Below, piece by piece: positions 60,401 to 64,000 of a stretch of DNA of 64,000 bases (position 1 is the stretch's first letter; each line of letters begins with the position of its first letter). The DNA comes from Felis catus. Taxonomy: Eukaryota. Under the pieces are notes generated by a model, which saw only the letters and a program-made list of their open reading frames with translations, was not told where the DNA came from and did not search any database. The stretch is from positions 8,866,001-8,930,000 of the forward strand of contig NC_058382.1 of assembly GCF_018350175.1 (NCBI RefSeq), read 5' to 3'. Position numbers and translations under genes: made by a program.

Positions 60401-60813
60401 CCGTTTCCCAGGCAGCGGTGGCCTCTCTTTCTTTGTCTGAACTACAACTCCCATGATGCTCGGGGGACTCCCAAGACTCGTGTTTGAGTGGGTCCCGCTC
60501 CGGGAATTGCTGGTTGAAGTCTGTCCTTCCCTCGGGCGTGACGCAGCCTCTCCCTAACACTGCTGCCTCACGCCCATTTTCAGAATTTGATGCCGTCTTC
60601 TTCTGTCTCCTAGGGGACATCTTCGAGAGCTTCTCCTCCCATCCGCCCCTCATCCTGCCCTTGGGCAGCTCGCGCCTGCGCCTCACGGGTCCCGTGACGG
60701 ACGACGCCCTGCACCGCGAACTGCGCAGGCTCCGCCGCCTCCTCTGGGATCTTGAGCAGCAGGAACTGCCGGCCAATCACCGCCACGGACCTCCCGTGGC
60801 CACGCCTCCTTGA
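47896..60813 (+). CDS. RASIP1: Ras-interacting protein 1; coding exons 47896-48032, 48695-49380, 50834-51189, 54023-54676, 55886-55923, 56151-56302, [one exon presumed in N gap], 58285-58528, 58735-58907, 59905-60052, 60614-60813
   Basis: MLSGERKEGGSPRFGKLHLPVGLWINSPRKQLAKLGRRWPSAASVK start; RA domain (PPGVLKIFGAGLASGANYKSVLAT); FHA-like region; Dilute domain; GT/AG boundaries; AATAAA at 61006-61011. Confidence 0.95.
49831..50026 (+). mobile_element. Carnivore SINE in a RASIP1 intron
   Basis: ggagcgcctgagtggctcagt head, CT-rich region, A tail. Confidence 0.8.
53533..53764 (+). mobile_element. Young carnivore SINE with TSD
   Basis: Near-consensus body, long polyA, flanking repeat aagaaaggggtttcct on both sides. 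Confidence 0.9.
55250..55723. mobile_element. Two carnivore SINEs (~55250-55460 on -, ~55500-55723 on +)
   Basis: SINE heads and tails in divergent orientation. Confidence 0.8.
56400..56539. other. Assembly gap (140 N)
   Basis: Direct. Confidence 1.
56810..57250 (-). mobile_element. Two tandem carnivore SINEs
   Basis: polyT, (GA)n and reverse heads ending at ~57060 and ~57250. Confidence 0.85.
57896..58102 (+). mobile_element. Carnivore SINE
   Basis: ggggtgcctgggtggctcagtc head and A tail. Confidence 0.85.
59160..59700. mobile_element. MIR/L2-like remnants plus a partial SINE (~59600-59697, -)
   Basis: 'acagacaaggaaactgaga' and 'ttacagatgaag...tttgaacccaggcaatctgg' MIR-like cores. Confidence 0.55.
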
Positions 60814-62522
60814 GGACCAATAACCAACGAGCGCGCGACCCTTGAAAATTCTTCGGCTTCTGCTCCCCGGAGCCCGCCTGAGCTCAGGGCTCTCTGGGAG
60901 TTGTAGTTCTTTCCCCCGCGTGGCATGCCGGGAGTTTGAGTTTTCGGGTAGTAGAGGACGGGACAGTGGGAAGACGGGCTTGGGAGGTGAGGGCGAAGAG
61001 CAAGCAATAAAGGTATCTGTGGTGTTGGCACCGCCTCGCTTGTTAAGACTTGGGAACGCTGGCGATGATGATTTTCTGCGGATTAGAGCACCAGGTTCCT
61101 CGACTGGAGCGTTGAGTTCTTGCCGAGGCCCCGGGGGTATTTATAGCCACGGCCTCAGCTTGCCCTGGGGCTTGTAATCCAAACCGGGAGCCCTGGGGCC
61201 TCGCAACGCATTTCAGGACAGAACCCTAAGCTGGGTCGGCCAAGTATCAGGCCCTCGGTCCTGCCAGCGGGAACCAGCCATCTCTCCCTCGGACCCCAAA
61301 GGCCATACTCCAGCCCTCTTCTCTCTCAGACCCGGGAGTCTGGGTCCCCCGGCCATCATCTGGACATTTCTGCCCGTCGGTCACACTGCCGAATCCCAAC
61401 ACCCCTTGTCCTGGCTCTGGCCTCCCTCCTTCCTCACATCCAGAAGTCCAGGCCCCAACCCCCTCCTCCCTCGGACCCAGGAGTCCAGATCCCCAGCCCC
61501 CTCCTCCCTCAGATCCAGGAGTCCGGAGCTCCGGTTTGAACTTTCCACTCCCCTAAATCCGACTCCCGCTGCTGCGTCAGGGAAAAAATAAGCGACAGGT
61601 GGCACCTGCCCGCAGGGCCGGGTCGCGACCACCTGCTCCCGCTGCTCACCCGGCGCCCCTCTCCAGGCACCTGCTTCTGTCAGTCCGCCTGCCGCTGCCT
61701 CGCCTGAGCCCCACAGCCCCAGGCCGCGGAGGAGGGAGAGACTCGGGGAACCCCGACGTTCGCCCCCCCCCTCAGTGCCACCCAGACCGTGCTCCCGCCC
61801 CTTCTCAGGGTCACGGGCGGAGCTTCTGTCTGCCCCGCCCCATTTCACAGGCTCCTGCTCGCCCTACAAAGGGGTGTCCTGGGCGGTCCCGGGCTGGTGG
61901 GGCGGAGCCTACGGCCTCCAGCCTTGACCTGGGGACTCAACCCGCCCCGGAGCACTACTGGCCGGAGCCCACCTGGTGAGAAGCCCCTGGGGTGGGGCTG
62001 GGGGGAACCTGCCTTAACCCTTCTGCCACCTCTCCGGTCCCGGTCCCTTCCTCACAGACCATAGTGGCTGACACCCACCCACTCCCTGCTTAAATGCAGG
62101 TGGCAGAGACCCGGAGCCTAGCAGGTCTCTTTCCCCTCTAGATCAAGGGTGTTGGATTCCAGTCCCTTCAGAGTATTGAGCTCTGTCTCTTCACCCCCTT
62201 TTCTTCCCTCTCCGTTCACAGACCCGGGGGGCGGGGCGTGGGGGGGGTCTCCTTTCAGAGATCCCGTCCGTTCCTCCTCGAGGCTCCAGGAGTTGGGGCC
62301 CTCAACCCCCTTCTCCCTCAGACCCAGGAGTCTGGGCTCCCAGCCCCTGGATCCCTCCCACCCCCCAGGATCCAGAACTTATGGTTCAAGTCCTCTCCTA
62401 TCCCTAAGCTGTTTCCCTGCTGCGTTCGCATGCGGGGACAGCCTCCTGACCTCCACTCTGACCCTGCCTCCTGTGGGGGCTCTACCCTCGCCTCAGTCCA
62501 GGTCACCATCACAGCCTTGGCA

Positions 62523-64000
62523 ATGACCCTCGCGGCTTCCTCCCAGCGCTCCCAAATCATTCGCTCCAAGTTCAGATCTGGTGAGAGGATTCTCTCTGTG
62601 CATGTAGGGAAGGAGTCTTCTGGGCCCTGGGATTGAGTACTCTTTTTTTTTTTTACGTTCATTTATTTATTCTTGAGAGAGAGAACAAGTGGGGGAGGGG
62701 GTGGAGAGAGAGAGAATCCCAGGCGTGCTGTCAGCGCGGAGCCAGACACAGGCCTCAAACTCACGAACCCGTGAGATCATGACCTGAACTTAACCGACGG
62801 AGCCACCCAGGTGCCCCCTGGGATTGAGAACTCTTAACTCTGGGAGTGTGTATTGGGGGGGGGGGGGGTCAGGTGGGAAGGAGGCCATGGGACCCACGAG
62901 GCACGTGTCCTCTGTACAAAAGGTCACTGGTGCAGAAAGGAGGCCCCAGCAAAGGGCTTGAGTTTTTGGTGGCTCAACTAGCGTGCAAACGGCCAATACA
63001 ATGTTCACGTAAACACTGAGGAGCAGGTGGGCGGGTAGGGGTGGGTGTGGAGAGTCGGGTACTGCGAAGGAACAGGAGCTGAAATTGACAGGTGTGCAAA
63101 GTGGACGGGGTACACAGACTGGGGACTTTGGCGTGAGCAGCGTGGGTGAGGGGACAAGCGAGCTGCCAAGCGGCGAAAGCGTCACGGGTTGTGTTTTAGG
63201 TCCCAGTGCAGACAGAAAGCGGGCAAGTGAGTGGCGCCGGATGTCAGTTCCTGCACACGCGCGCGCGCGCGCGCGCGCGCGGAGGGTGAAATGCGCGTGT
63301 GAACGAGTGTGCTTCCGTGGTGGCTGGGTGGGTGCGAAGACGCCAGTGACCGAAGAGCCAAGGGGGTGCCGGGGAGTGCACGTGGAACGTGACGGAGCGG
63401 GATCCTTGCTCCCAAGCTGGAAGCCAGATCCTGAGTGTGCGGGGAAGTGTGTCAGTGTGGCTGGGTGGGTGCCAGGACAGGGTGAGCCAAGATGGAGAGG
63501 GCCACAGGGTACGAGTGCACAGAAGTGGCGTGCGTGCCAAACCAGGGCCCGGGGAGCGGCGTGTACAGAGGGGGAGACTGTGGGGAGGCCCAGGGGCACA
63601 CAGGAGGGAGTGGGCTTGCGCAGATTCGAGCACATGGACCGGAGGAGGTGAGGGTGCAAACGGGTCCGGCTGGCCAAGATGGCGATGGTGCCTTGAGTTG
63701 GGTGGGTACGTGCTCCTGAAGGGGGGCCGGTGGAGCTGGGGGGCAGGGCCGCCTCCTGCCTGCACGCTGGCTGGCTCCTGGTCGCAGAAGGGCTGCGGCT
63801 GGGAGCGAGGAGCAGGCGGGAGGCCCGGGAAAGGGACCGGGCTGACAGCCCACCCACCCGCCTGCCCCGGGGAGTGTAAGGGGGCTGGGCGCGGCGCCCC
63901 GCCAGGCCAGGCTCCTGGACACTCCCTTCCCGCCTTTCCCCTCCCACCTCTCTCTTTCCTCCGCAGTCCTCCAGCTTCGGATCCACAGACGGTATCAGGA
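62523..64000 (+). CDS. MAMSTR: MEF2-activating motif and SAP domain transcriptional regulator, 5' part; coding exons 62523-62580 and 63967->64000 (continues beyond the window)
   Basis: MTLAASSQRSQIIRSKFRS|VLQLRIHRR...; GT/AG boundaries; synteny downstream of RASIP1; probable non-coding exon ending at 61975. Confidence 0.9.
62643..62818 (-). mobile_element. Carnivore SINE
   Basis: Reverse polyT, (GA)n, ...gagccacccaggtgcccc. Confidence 0.8.
63258..63281. repeat. (CG)12 dinucleotide repeat
   Basis: Direct. Confidence 0.9.

Noticed and set aside
62790-63986. 398-aa minus-strand ORF
   Set aside because: GC-rich MAMSTR intron; ends in a SINE and crosses a (CG)n repeat; no recognisable homology

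Overview
Mammalian genomic DNA, most likely a felid: it has dense tRNA-derived CAN/SINEC SINEs and a cat-like FGF21 protein. The window covers the conserved block FGF21(-), FUT1(+), IZUMO1(+), RASIP1(+) and the 5' part of MAMSTR(+). The main result is that IZUMO1, the sperm-egg fusion ligand that is a single gene at this position in human and mouse, is expanded to a tandem array of SEVEN head-to-tail copies (~9.6-47.9 kb, unit ~4.5-5 kb). Manual splicing gives five copies with open 9-coding-exon frames (353, 374, 355, 368 and 405 aa), all keeping the ten structural cysteines. Two copies are disabled: copy 4 is decapitated by a decayed ERV and frameshifted, and copy 7 carries a single W113-stop. 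The paralogs differ strongly in mature-ectodomain exons (JUNO-binding hinge, W88/W113 surface, glycosylation sites, stalk length, cytoplasmic tail), while signal peptides and several introns are almost identical. That pattern suggests diversifying selection plus gene conversion. Each repeat unit also carries a copy of the RASIP1 promoter/first-exon region directly upstream of the next IZUMO1 copy. Exon coordinates were derived by eye from GT/AG boundaries and homology to human proteins recalled from memory; no alignments or searches were run.
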